From Phoronis australis (taxonomy: Eukaryota > Animalia > Phoronida), in NCBI GenBank assembly GCA_002633005.1, contig NMRA01000089.1:669895-733894 (forward strand): DNA of 64,000 nucleotides. The letters are read 5' to 3'. Below are positions 12,401 to 22,980 of the stretch, one piece after another (position 1 is the first letter of the stretch; each line of letters starts with the position of its first letter). Under the pieces are notes generated by a model. It ran no database searches. It saw only the letters and a list, made by a program, of their open reading frames with translations, and was not told where the DNA came from. The position numbers and the translations under genes are program-made.

Positions 12401-15400
12401 CTAGGAAAATCTTATGAGGTGTTTACGATCTTGTTATTTTATGTCTTTAATGGATGTTTTTATTTTCAATATTGGAATTTTGTTTTTTATAGCTATGTTA
12501 AAGGATTGGACAGTTATAGATTTTATACCTAAGTGACAGTCTAAATCACAAACATTTTAATTTGGGATCAGTTAAGTTGCAAATTGAGAATTCTTTGTTT
12601 GGGAATAAATTTGATTTGACTCTAACTCAAAGTGTCCCTCCTGTACTGGAAATTTATATATTAATGTATTAATGCTTAACAGAAATTTATGTCTGAAGAG
12701 CACTCATAGACCTGAACAATGTTTATTTTTGTGTAAGAATTTGTCTCATGGATTTTTAATGCCATGTATGTTATTATGTTTCACTATTTTTGTTGAGGTT
12801 ATGTCAGACCGTAGAAAAAGTGTCAAAATGTGGCTTACTCCAAAATATTGTATCTCAGAAATGACTGATCGTATTCATATGAAACTTTCAGATCACCAAG
12901 CTCTATGCACTATTCTCCAGAATGCTGATAGGAATTGTTTTTAAAATATTCCACTTTTGTTTGTGGGGTTGTTAAAAAAGTTGGACTTTTATGAACAAAA
13001 CTAAAAGTTGCTTAAAACAAAAAAGAAAGAAAATTTGGAAAACTATGTCAGTTTTTGTTTTTTTGAGATTTCACATTTTTATCAAACGAAACGATCATGT
13101 CATTGATACAATTGTTTAACTTTATCAATTATTACATAAGGACATATTACTTTCATAAAAGAAATTGAATAAACTGCACAATGTCAGCTATATTCTACCA
13201 ATCTCCTCCACTTGTCTTGAGTTACAGTTGACCTTGTGCTTGTTTATTTGCAGTGTTTGGATGCCAGTCGTCCATGGCTCTGTTACTGGATATTACACAG
13301 TTTAGAACTTTTGAATGTGCCCATACCTGATGATGTCACCTCTAGGTAAAGTCAGTTTATTGCCCATACCTGATGATGTCACCTCTAGGTAAAGTCAGTT
13401 TATTGCCCATACCTGATGATGTCACCTCTAGGTAAAGTCAGTTTATTGCCCATACCTGATGATGTCAGCTCTAGGTAAAGTTAATTTATTGTGGTAAACT
13501 CTTCAATTTAGATTTCAATGTGGTGGACATGTGGAAGCTTGCTTTGTCAATTTTTAACAAAAATGAACGTTGAAAAAACTGGACTTCATCATTTGTGTTA
13601 ATTGTAATCAAGACCCTCGACCACGTGATTTTAATATTGCGCGAAATTCCTCTCGTCATGCCCAAAAATTCTCTTCATGTGATTAAAAATTTCCCTCGTG
13701 GTTAGAATCACTTGTAATCTACACAGATGATGATTTGAAACAGCACAAAACGTTAGCTTTGGCTGTTTAAGGTAGAACTGGTGGCGACGGGTGGATGGGG
13801 TGTAGGGTGCTACTGTTGGTTACTGGGTAAGGAGAACTTCAAAAATTTGAAAAATTCCTCTCTGAGACGGCACAGTCACCTTTCTTTCAAGTTTACCATG
13901 AACATTTTAGTAATCTAATGAGCCTTTGAAAAATAAAAAATTGGCAATAATTTTCATGCGAAATTCAAGACGAGATTAATACTAACAGTAAGTATTCATC
14001 ATCACACTGTATGTTGTTTGTCTCAGATCAAATGTTCTAACTATTAATTTTTTGTAAATTCAGCAACTTTACATTAAAATTCAGGGGGTTGCATAGTTAG
14101 CCTCTCTGTCAGTCTACCATACTGTCATTATGTCTCTCATACTTGTCAGAAGTTTTAATTCTGATGTACGTACGTTTTTACTCAATACGTGTAGTAGTTT
14201 TCAAAAAATGATCAAATTTTTCATATTGAAACTCAAGAACAATTTCACGCAAAATCTTTTCAGCGCGTTCTTATTTGATTTTACAATTATAGTTTACAAA
14301 TAGTTTTCGTTGACTGGTTACCTTCTCGGTTAACTTCGATGAAACACCAAAATTTCCACTGACAAAATTTGTCAACTTTTTCAAAAACAACTATAGCGGA
14401 GCGTTGACAATAAATTTGGACAATTTTCGTTTAATTATATTGAATTTGATAAGAAAATTTGTGTAACTTGCACTATTCATGCTACGTTTGTTTTTTTCAG
14501 TGTTGCATCTTTTCTCAACAATTGCCAGTGCCCAGAAGGTGGATTTGCTGGTATGTGCAGGGGAAGCAATTCCCACTTTTGATGTTATCTTTAATAAAAA
14601 CACTGATCCCTGGTTATCTTAGAGAGATAGTTTCTGTGGTAAATTACTACACTTCTTTGTGCTGAGTATTTACTATCCATGGAACATTGGAGCATGGCAT
14701 GGACGGCCCAGCAAAAGGCCCGCATTTTAGTTCTACATTCATTATCATTGAGCAAACGCAATGCAACATTGTCTTAAATCAATGTATGTTATGCCTCATT
14801 CAGTACGAGTATAATAAGCAGAAAGTTATGAATCCTTACTGAACTTACTTGAGATGAAAGGCAATGTTTCGTCAACCTCTGCAAGCTTTTTTAAGCCTGT
14901 GCGATCTCTGGTGGACTCGGTCGGAATTGAGAAAATTGGCTGGAAACTTAGTCAGAATCCTGTCCCAGGTTTGATCGCATTACGGTGTCTTCCTGTCGCT
15001 CCCAACTTGTTCGATTCTATAGCCCAACAACAAGTTGGGAAGTTCACCCCTGTAGCCAATATCTTACATGACTGATTAACTCCATGCTGGCATTTATGGT
15101 TGGAGGGCCAGCTCTCTGTTGTTCGATAATTGCTCCAATCTCCAATAAGATCGTATCTGTAGCCTGACTGGGCTGTGCTGTTAAAAATAAAAGTTAAGTT
15201 ATAACACATTTGAACATAAACCAATAGCATTTCAGAATTCTTCGTCAAATGCTGATCATGTTTAAATTTTGAATCGCCCAACTACAACCGAAGTTATGAT
15301 AATCTATGCTTTCCAAACGTATACCAATTTGCTCTGGCCTTGACTATGTTCACACGTGGTCTATTATAAGCCTGGTAGATAATTGTCCTGCCTGTTGTCA

Positions 15401-18400
15401 TACCAAACAAAAGACTGTGCTTGACAGTTAACAAAGAGGCTAGATGTTATCACACGCTCACAACCCTCTACGTCTGGTAAAGTCACTGAACGGGAGAACG
15501 CCGTCATGGGTTGAATCTCAATGAATCTCAATTTTCTGCATACATCGTCTTAGTTGCAATCGGGCATATAGCCTTTGATGAAGCTGGCCACTGTATTCCA
15601 AGAAGGCAATGGAACTCCTTGTTTGTTGCAGGTGGGCCAGGGCAACACGCACACTTAGCAACCACGTACGCTGCTGTGAACGCACTCATCATATTGGGCA
15701 CTGAAGAGGCTTATAAAGTCATTAACAGGTAATTTGTAGTACCTTCTAGGAGTACATTTGGAAATTGAGAATTTCACTACTACAAATGCATACTGGAAAA
15801 TTGCTTGCTTGTTTCCTGTGAATTTGAGTTCATTTTGTAGCTTACTATACATTCGAACGTATTTGGTCATCAACCATTCAATAATTAATGGTGCCTAATT
15901 ATGGAAAAGCTGCTTTAAGATAAAGCACAAAAAAATGCCTTGAACTGACAGTTTTCTGTGTGTAAAATGTTGGAAGTTTTACTTAATGTATATCTATTAG
16001 TGACCAGTTTGGTCAGACAAGTCTCTGACGTGAATTTCTTGAATTCAGTGTAGAATAATGCCCAAAACATCTTAACTTGCGAGAGGACCAATAGAGGCCG
16101 TGCACTGTCAGTTATCAACACCAAATCTCATGTTTTGGGAAATAAGTGCCTTACAACAAACTGCCTTTAAAAATGTGAATTTTTCAGGTAGTTCGATGCC
16201 TGAGTTAAGCACCTTATTCAAAAATGAGCATACTGTCTATTTAAGCGATCTGGTCAGCATAGTATGATTGTTTGTTAATGAAAAAAATCAAAGCCTGGGG
16301 TTTAATCTCTGTAATCTAAAGTTGGTCCGAATGTTGACCAATTGCATAGCACGCTGACAATAAATTTACAAATATGAACTCAAACCGTGTTGTATGATTT
16401 GCTAAGTTTCGATCTTTAGTCGAGTACGAGTTGGAGATTGGACCTTGATATACATTTGCCACCACTGCAAACACTGTTCTTCATGGTAACCCGGAAATGA
16501 GCTTATTTTTTAGTTTGTTCTTCATTAGGCAGTACTAGACAGTTTTTACCGTTGTTGAATTTTACTCAAACACTTCAAAGTGTAATGGCCAAATGTTGTT
16601 CGAAATTAAGCCGGACCGTATAAACAGCTTTTATTGTTAGACCATGTTCAAACATCAACAGTATAACGCTGTCACAACTCATATAGTTACTGTTGCTAAA
16701 CTCTAAACTATGCTGTCGATGTCATGTGTACACTCAAACGTATATCTGTTTGGCGTGTAGTTGCACTAGCTGTGGTTAACATGTGGTTATGATTTGTTTG
16801 TTACAGAGAAAAACTTCAGCAATGGCTGATGAGGGTCCATCAAAAGGATGGTTCATTTATAATGCATGAAGGTGGTGAGGTGGACGTCAGGTAATGAGTG
16901 ACATATGCACCAGACGTTGGTTTATAAGTTATGAAATACTGGTATTTCTATAACATTGGTCATATGGTTAGTTAATATAACTTTCCAAAGCTGCTTTGAT
17001 TACTGTCGTTTGCTGCCGATTTGTCTTTGGAACTTAAGTTTTAACTTGAAAAATGATAAAATGAGAGAGTAAACGAAATGATGTGAATGGTCCACATGCA
17101 TCCTTTTCATGTTCACATTATTCTTTTAGAAGTTTGGTCTGTTTGTTGTCAGTGGTCTGTGAATAAGCTTATGCAACCTGATGGAAATATGACAGGCAAC
17201 TTTGTCAATCCTCTTATTTGTAGTTAGATTACCATAAAGTCCATTACTGGGGTCTACTTTGTGTATCTAATTCTGCTGCAGTTCATGTCTGTGATAAGGT
17301 TGCAAATTATAAATCAAAACTCATAGAAAACCCCACTGATTCTTTGTACTGGGGAATAGTTACTGACTTGTTCCCCCGTCCTTTGTTGCAATACCGAGAA
17401 AAAGTCACAGTTTTTTGATGAAGGATTTGGACGTCTTGTACTTCATCTGAATGATTCTGTTGGTCATTTAATGACTAGACTTGAGTTAGCATGATTAAAC
17501 CATTCGGAAGAACGTTGCTGTTTGTGTCATCCTTTATAAGTAAAGTCTTACTGATATACGTCCATATCGTCCTCATACTATGATGTAAATTTAGTCTCAC
17601 CTGTACCCCATATTGTTCCAGAGGTGCGTACTGTGCTGCTGCCGTGGCACGCTTGGTTAACGTACAGTCCGATGCCATGTTTGACATGACATGTGAATGG
17701 ATTGTCAGGTAAACATATTAACGCTTACTACAGAGGTCCCGGTCTTGTTTAAGTTGGTGCCAATATCAAGAGATTAATAGCTCCACTTGTTCTTCACAAC
17801 CAGTCTCAATATGAAGATGCTCTTGCAAAAATTAGTGTTCAAGAAAATGCAAGATCTCATAATAGTCTAGTGTCTAATGTTTAACCACATTTCTTCTCCA
17901 TCTGAACTGGAAAAGTTCACCAAGTCTATATTATACTTTCTTTCAGCTGCCAAACTTACGAGGGAGGGTTCGCAGGCTGCCCTGGCATGGAGGCTCATGG
18001 GGGGTACGCATTCTGTGCCTTGGCTGCACTAGTCCTGCTGGGCCATGAACGACTGTGTGACATAGACAGCTTGCTTGTAAGTGTTTCATTCAAACTCCTC
18101 TATATCATTAGATTTCATGGGTAATTGCTTATCAGTATTGGAGAGTTGCTTTACTCTTTAAATCTGCGTCAACAGTTGGTGAATTGAAAGTCTGCGGAGG
18201 GATGATAGTTAATTGCTAAATTGGGCTTTAAGTGTCTGTGGTGCATCTGCTTTTATAAAGTGTGCATCATTTAAAGGCGAAGGCAACCTTTTTCCATGTC
18301 ATTTTGAGCTAAAATAAGGTTGGTTGGTTATCCTAAACATATTTTTCACTTAATTACAGCTTTTCGTAATTTTATTAATTACTCGTCCGCTTTTCCGGAA

Positions 18401-21400
18401 GTGACGTTTTAGGAGGCAAGCGCTTCCCGCCACTTGGTTTTGCGTTGAGCTTACTGTGCGAATCTGTTCTATTCTACTTTTGTTTTGTGCTATTTTTCAC
18501 CAATTATCGCCACCACTTTCCATCGGCGAGTATTCTGCGGCAAGATAGNAATGTTTAACCACATTTCTTCTCCAACTGAACTGGAAAAGTTCACCAAGTC
18601 TGTATTATGCTTTCTTTCAGCTGCCAAACTTACGAGGGAGGGTTCGCAGGCTGCCCTGGCATGGAGGCTCATGGGGGGTACGCATTCTGTGCCTTGGCTG
18701 CACTAGTCCTGCTGGGCCATGAACGACTCTGTGACATAGACAGCTTGCTTGTAAGTGTTTCATTCAAACTCCTCCATATCATTAGATTTCAAGGGTAATT
18801 GCTTATCAGTATTGGAGAGTTGCTTTACTCTTTAAATCTGCGTCAACAGTTGGTGAATTGAAAGTCTGCCGAGGGATGATAGTTAATTGCTAAATTGGGC
18901 TTTAAGTGTCTGTGGTGCATCTGCTTTTATAAAGTGTGCATCATTTAAACGCAGTAAGCAAGCCGATAACTTAATTGCCTTGCTTGATTTGAACCTTGTT
19001 GGTTTTTGTACATTACAAGTCTTTCATACCTAAAATGCGTATCTCTTTTAAAAACCTCCTCGGTCATTTTTGTGTAATTATCTACAATGTGTTGCCATCA
19101 TAAAACTTAGAAGTGCTTGAAGTACGTCATCTTGATTGGGATTCCTCATTTCAGCGCTGGGCTAGCAACAGACAGATGCGTTTTGAGGGCGGTTTCCAAG
19201 GACGAACCAACAAGCTGGTGGATGGTTGTTACTCTTTCTGGCAAGGCGGCATCTTCCCTGTCATCCATATGGTCCTCACTATGTCCAGTAGGTGGTGCAG
19301 TGTTTCTGTATTGAAGTGCTCATTCGCGCCATTCAATCATATTGTGGTCTGCTGTGCGGGGTTGAATGAAACAAGTCCCAAATAGGGGCTCAACTAAGTT
19401 CCATAAATCTTTGGCCTATTTGTGTCTTTCTTTACTGACAGATGTAAACTTGTTTTATGTCAAATCAGCTTTATTATGAGTTCCTGTTTAACTAATTGAC
19501 ATTTTCTAACAATATAACTGAAAACTGAGCCCTGAATTCAATAAAAATAAATAGTGACGTAGTCCCTAAATTAGTGGCGTTGCATGAAAAGATCCCATTT
19601 ATTTTCGATAATATTAAAAATTCAACGTCGAGTTCACTCTCGATTTGTATCAAAGCCAAAAGATGACGTAATAATGAAACTGAAACAGCATAAGGAAGGA
19701 CAATCAATGTTTTCACACATCCACAAATACGCAGTACATATAGGGGACTTGGTTGAGTCCCTATTTGGGATTGTTTCATGCAAACGAGCACTGATGCCTT
19801 GTTAAATTCTTTTCATTCTCTACCATTTATTTCTGGCATTTTCGTAACCTTATGTTTTTGTCACTGCAGACAACACCTCCTTAAGTGCAGAAAAGTGGCT
19901 GTTCCACCAGGGTGCGCTGCAAGAATATCTTCTCATCTGCTGCCAGCATCCACTGGGAGGACTGATTGATAAACCTGGAAAGTATGTTCATACAAAATAA
20001 ATGGTGATTTGATAATATTTTGTGTGATTAGACAATTAATATGTATTAGTGTAACACTTCTGACTTAGTTGTGACAACCAATTTTTTATTCATTCATTCA
20101 TATTGATTTCCTGGGAAAGAAGCCTTGAAGCAGCTCGTACTAATGTTTCTCTGATGAGTCATTTCAGAGTTTACAAGCTTTTTATTTTGTTTAGGTTTAT
20201 TGGTCTGTCTATTATGTGATTTGTCTGCAGTGTGATGAGTAGATCCTGCTATGCCACTGTCCGTACCACGGGAATAGTAGTTGCTGACATGACTCATTAA
20301 AAGTGTCTAAATTTAAGACAGTGCGGAACAATAAAAAAGTTGTTGACCTTTGAAGCGAAATTCCCTGCGTGTGTAACGCAACAAGCAAAGACTTTGGCAG
20401 TAGGGTGAAAAAACAAAGGCGCTGGAGGTTATTAAGCCAACAAGATTAACGTGGGATAAAATTTGAAAAATACTTACTATAATGTCCTGAGGTTAATCTC
20501 TTTGTCTCTCTCATATGGTATTGTTAGTTGGGTATCAAAATAGTTTGGACACATCTGGACATCATGCATCCGTATTTTTCCCAATTCCCATCCGTAAGGT
20601 CAGGGGTGTGTTCATGTTTTGTGTGAGATCATGCAATACTATGTATAATGACGTCAAGTGGAAGGTGAGTGTTTTGCAAGTATGCTTAAGACCTCACAAG
20701 TTTAACTTAGCAAAATTGTGGCAACTGAAGTGATTGGTCAGTGAGGTTAAAATGTTGCATTATGGGATAGAAATCATGAATTATGGGGTAGTACTATGTA
20801 CTCTTGAACTGGGGTGGATGTAATTTACTGTTTTGATTCCACAAGTGAAGATATTTCACTGCAAGTGCAAAAGTGCAATAGTTAGATCTACAATAGAACT
20901 CGGCTGAATTCTTGCTCTAGAAGTGTCCCCATTATGCGACGAATAGTTCTTTGGGTTTGACATACATGTTGCACCAACTCTCGTAACTTCGTGGTTGCAT
21001 GTTGCCCATTCAACTGTGGCAGATTGTCCACACTACGTCATGTGATAGATGCGTTGCAGTCAAATTGCAGTGTGCAAATGAACCATAAGTGTGCTATGTC
21101 ATTCACTAGCATTCCGTATAGTCCCTGCCCAAGTTCAGGATAACTTGCAATCAGGTTACAGCACATTATTTCACATTTCTTATTTAGGTCTCGAAGTCAA
21201 CAGGAACAAGGTAAATGAAGTTGCTTGGCAGCAGTCTGAGCTAAAGTTGACTGGTGATAGAATTTCTTGTGCTGAATATTGTCAGCAGTAATTTACACAC
21301 TCTGTTTTGATTTGCAGGTCACGAGATTATTACCATACTTGCTACACTTTGAGCGGTTTGTCAGTGGCCCAGCACTTCGGAGGGGGTAATCTGGCTAACA

Positions 21401-22396
21401 CTCATGTTGTGGGCGATGGGGAGAATGAATTGGTAGGCTGCTATCTCTTTTTACACCTAGTGTTCTGTTATAAACTTTTATTCAAATGAAGGTCCAAATG
21501 AGACTATTTTTGTCTTGAGAGCTTGGAGAGGAATGGACGCTGGCCTCAGCTTCTGGCAATCTGTGCCATTTGCTGGGTATTTGATGCAAAGTCAGCGCTG
21601 TTTTTTGCTCATTGTTTTCAGAAATGTATGATTTTGAAGTTTTGGTAAGTATGGGGGGTCCTTAACAAAAATGGAAACCTTGTCTCACAACTTTTTACTG
21701 CTAAATTTTAGCACATATCATTTTTCTTGATTACCACGCTAGCTTTTTTATTCAGACATTCAAAAATTGCTAGTGTTGCAATCCAGCTTGTTTTTTTTTG
21801 TGGAAAAGGTAAAAGTGGCGATGTTTTTTATATTTGTTCAATTAGAGTAGGTCTACTGTTTCAGAATGCTTTGTAAAACTTTTGAAACAGCGACACAGCT
21901 CTCTCCATGTTTGACCTTGAATACTCGGGAAAATGAAATGTGTTTAAACCGACATCAGTTGGAGGTGCAGAAATTGGATGTTTGCTTAAGATAATAGGTT
22001 ACCTTTTTTCGAGGATCAAATTTATTATTTTTTAAGTATGAATAGTAGACACATGCACAGATGTATTTCGCGCCACCTAGTGGTTATTTTTCTGTTTTCG
22101 AGTCTATAGGCCAAACCACTGTAAGGGTGATTATGAAAGTTGACCTACTCAAAGCTCTACAACACTGTTGGTTCATATTATCAACACTCCAGATAAGTTG
22201 TATTTTGGCTTTTGAGAAAACCCCACAGTCCACTTGGATCCGTCTTATGCAAGTTTTACTGCCTCGGTCAGATATCTTGCTAATCTTTTCTTTTTCTCTA
22301 TTTCAGCAACCCACCCATCCTCTGTTCAACATCTGCAATACTGCCGTGACTCATGCAAAGTTGTATTTTGACAATCTGCCTGTGCCCAAGTCTTAA
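9327..22396 (+). CDS. FNTB: Protein farnesyltransferase subunit beta, spliced (13 coding exons, 416 aa)
   Basis: Exons 9327-9434, 11172-11248, 12343-12418, 13254-13345, 14501-14550, 15632-15728, 16807-16890, 17622-17708, 17947-18076 (duplicate at 18621-18750), 19155-19287, 19870-19981, 21318-21432, 22307-22396. All are GT-AG, phase-compatible and total 1251 nt. Hallmark motifs: CLDASRPWLCYW, GGPGQ, GGEVDVR, GMEAHGGY, RQMRFEGGFQGRTNKLVDGCYSFWQ, DYYHTCY, QPTHP. Confidence 0.97.
9613..10949 (+). other. Tandem ~668-bp duplication around a single N (probable assembly artefact)
   Basis: 9613-10281 is near-identical to 10283-10949; N at 10282. Confidence 0.85.
11172..11248 (+). CDS. FNTB: FNTB exon 2
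   Basis: ttttag acceptor, CAVEDSIHQKYEKF..., gtaaga donor; phases fit the neighbouring exons. Confidence 0.8.
11418..11823 (+). mobile_element. MITE family A copy in FNTB intron 2
   Basis: Colinear with 58610-59002; diverged terminal inverted repeats (TIRs). Confidence 0.75.
12343..12418 (+). CDS. FNTB: FNTB exon 3
   Basis: LLEREKHIHFLVKGLKNLGKSYE. Confidence 0.9.
13254..13345 (+). CDS. FNTB: FNTB exon 4
   Basis: CLDASRPWLCYWILHSLELL. Confidence 0.95.
13318..13489 (+). repeat. 43-bp minisatellite x4 spanning the FNTB exon 4 donor
   Basis: Unit tgcccatacctgatgatgtcacctctaggtaaagtcagtttat at 13318, 13361, 13404, 13447. Confidence 0.95.
14501..14550 (+). CDS. FNTB: FNTB exon 5
   Basis: VASFLNNCQCPEGGFA. 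Confidence 0.92.
15177..15508 (-). repeat. Dispersed repeat family C (in FNTB intron 5)
   Basis: Reverse complement matches 26699-27054. Confidence 0.75.
15632..15728 (+). CDS. FNTB: FNTB exon 6
   Basis: GGPGQHAHLATTYAAVNALIILGTEEAYKVIN. Confidence 0.95.
16807..16890 (+). CDS. FNTB: FNTB exon 7
   Basis: EKLQQWLMRVHQKDGSFIMHEGGEVDV. Confidence 0.95.
17622..17708 (+). CDS. FNTB: FNTB exon 8
   Basis: GAYCAAAVARLVN...CEWIV. Confidence 0.93.
17947..18076 (+). CDS. FNTB: FNTB exon 9, copy A
   Basis: CQTYEGGFAGCPGMEAHGGYAFCALAAL; 130 nt. Confidence 0.8.
18275..18548 (+). mobile_element. Left end of a Kolobok-like element inserted at TTAA
   Basis: Present after catcatttaa in copy A, absent in copy B; starts AGG; cut by the N. 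Confidence 0.55.
18621..18750 (+). CDS. FNTB: FNTB exon 9, copy B (probable allelic or assembly duplicate)
   Basis: Same peptide as copy A with one synonymous change; separated from it by the N at 18549. Confidence 0.8.
19155..19287 (+). CDS. FNTB: FNTB exon 10 (zinc ligands in DGCY)
   Basis: RWASNRQMRFEGGFQGRTNKLVDGCYSFWQ. Confidence 0.97.
19495..19750 (-). repeat. Dispersed repeat family D (FNTB intron 10)
   Basis: Inverted homolog at 22730-22980. Confidence 0.65.
19870..19981 (+). CDS. FNTB: FNTB exon 11
   Basis: WLFHQGALQEYLLICCQHPLGGLIDKPG. Confidence 0.95.
21318..21432 (+). CDS. FNTB: FNTB exon 12 (zinc ligand His)
   Basis: SRDYYHTCYTLSGLSVAQHF. Confidence 0.96.
22307..22396 (+). 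CDS. FNTB: FNTB exon 13 (last)
   Basis: QPTHPLFNI...LPVPKS stop. Confidence 0.93.
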   Translation, partial: QPTHPLFNICNTAVTHAKLYFDNLPVPKS

Positions 22397-22729
22397 AAGG
22401 CTGCTCAAAGATAAGGAAGTCACTGATCCTGCAGTTCTAAAAGTCTTGAGGCCTGTTTCAAGAAAAAGTGACGTAAGACAGAAATTTTGTCTTGCGCTTG
22501 CGTTATGTGTCTATTCTTAGGCACTGCATTTTTGCTAAAAAGTGAAATTCAGTAATTTTTTGCAGAAATAGTTGTGTGGAGCGTCAGACCAAATTTCCGA
22601 CAAGTCGCTTTTCACGAAGCGCACCGCTGATCTGTTTTGATGTATAGCAGTAGATCACTTGCTGTCTTCCTGATCCAGCATGCCAGTGGCTGGTTGTATG
22701 AAGCAATCCAGGAGAGGGAGTCCACCGTG

Positions 22730-22980
22730 CTCCCTAAATTTTCAACGCATTTGTGGATTTGTGCAAACTCTGATTGTCTTTCCTTCTGTTATTTCGTCTA
22801 CATTTCTTTGTCAATATCTTGCTTTGATGCACACCAAGAGTAAATTCTTGTTTTTTATTCACGATAATTTTGCAAATAGATGAGCGATCTTCTCATATAA
22901 TACTGATACTTTAAGGACTTGTGTTTATATTACATCGAAGTGAGGGCTCATTTTTCAGATATATTATTGGGAAATGTCAT
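22730..22980 (+). repeat. Dispersed repeat family D (probable FNTB 3-prime UTR)
   Basis: Inverted relative to 19495-19750. Confidence 0.65.

Noticed and set aside
14952-15281. Similar peptides here and at 26941-27165 suggesting a gene family
   Set aside because: Chance ORFs inside a dispersed non-coding repeat; similarity extends beyond the ORFs
18621-18750. Mutually exclusive exon pair in FNTB
   Set aside because: Identical peptide, near-identical flanking intron sequence and an N junction favour uncollapsed alleles
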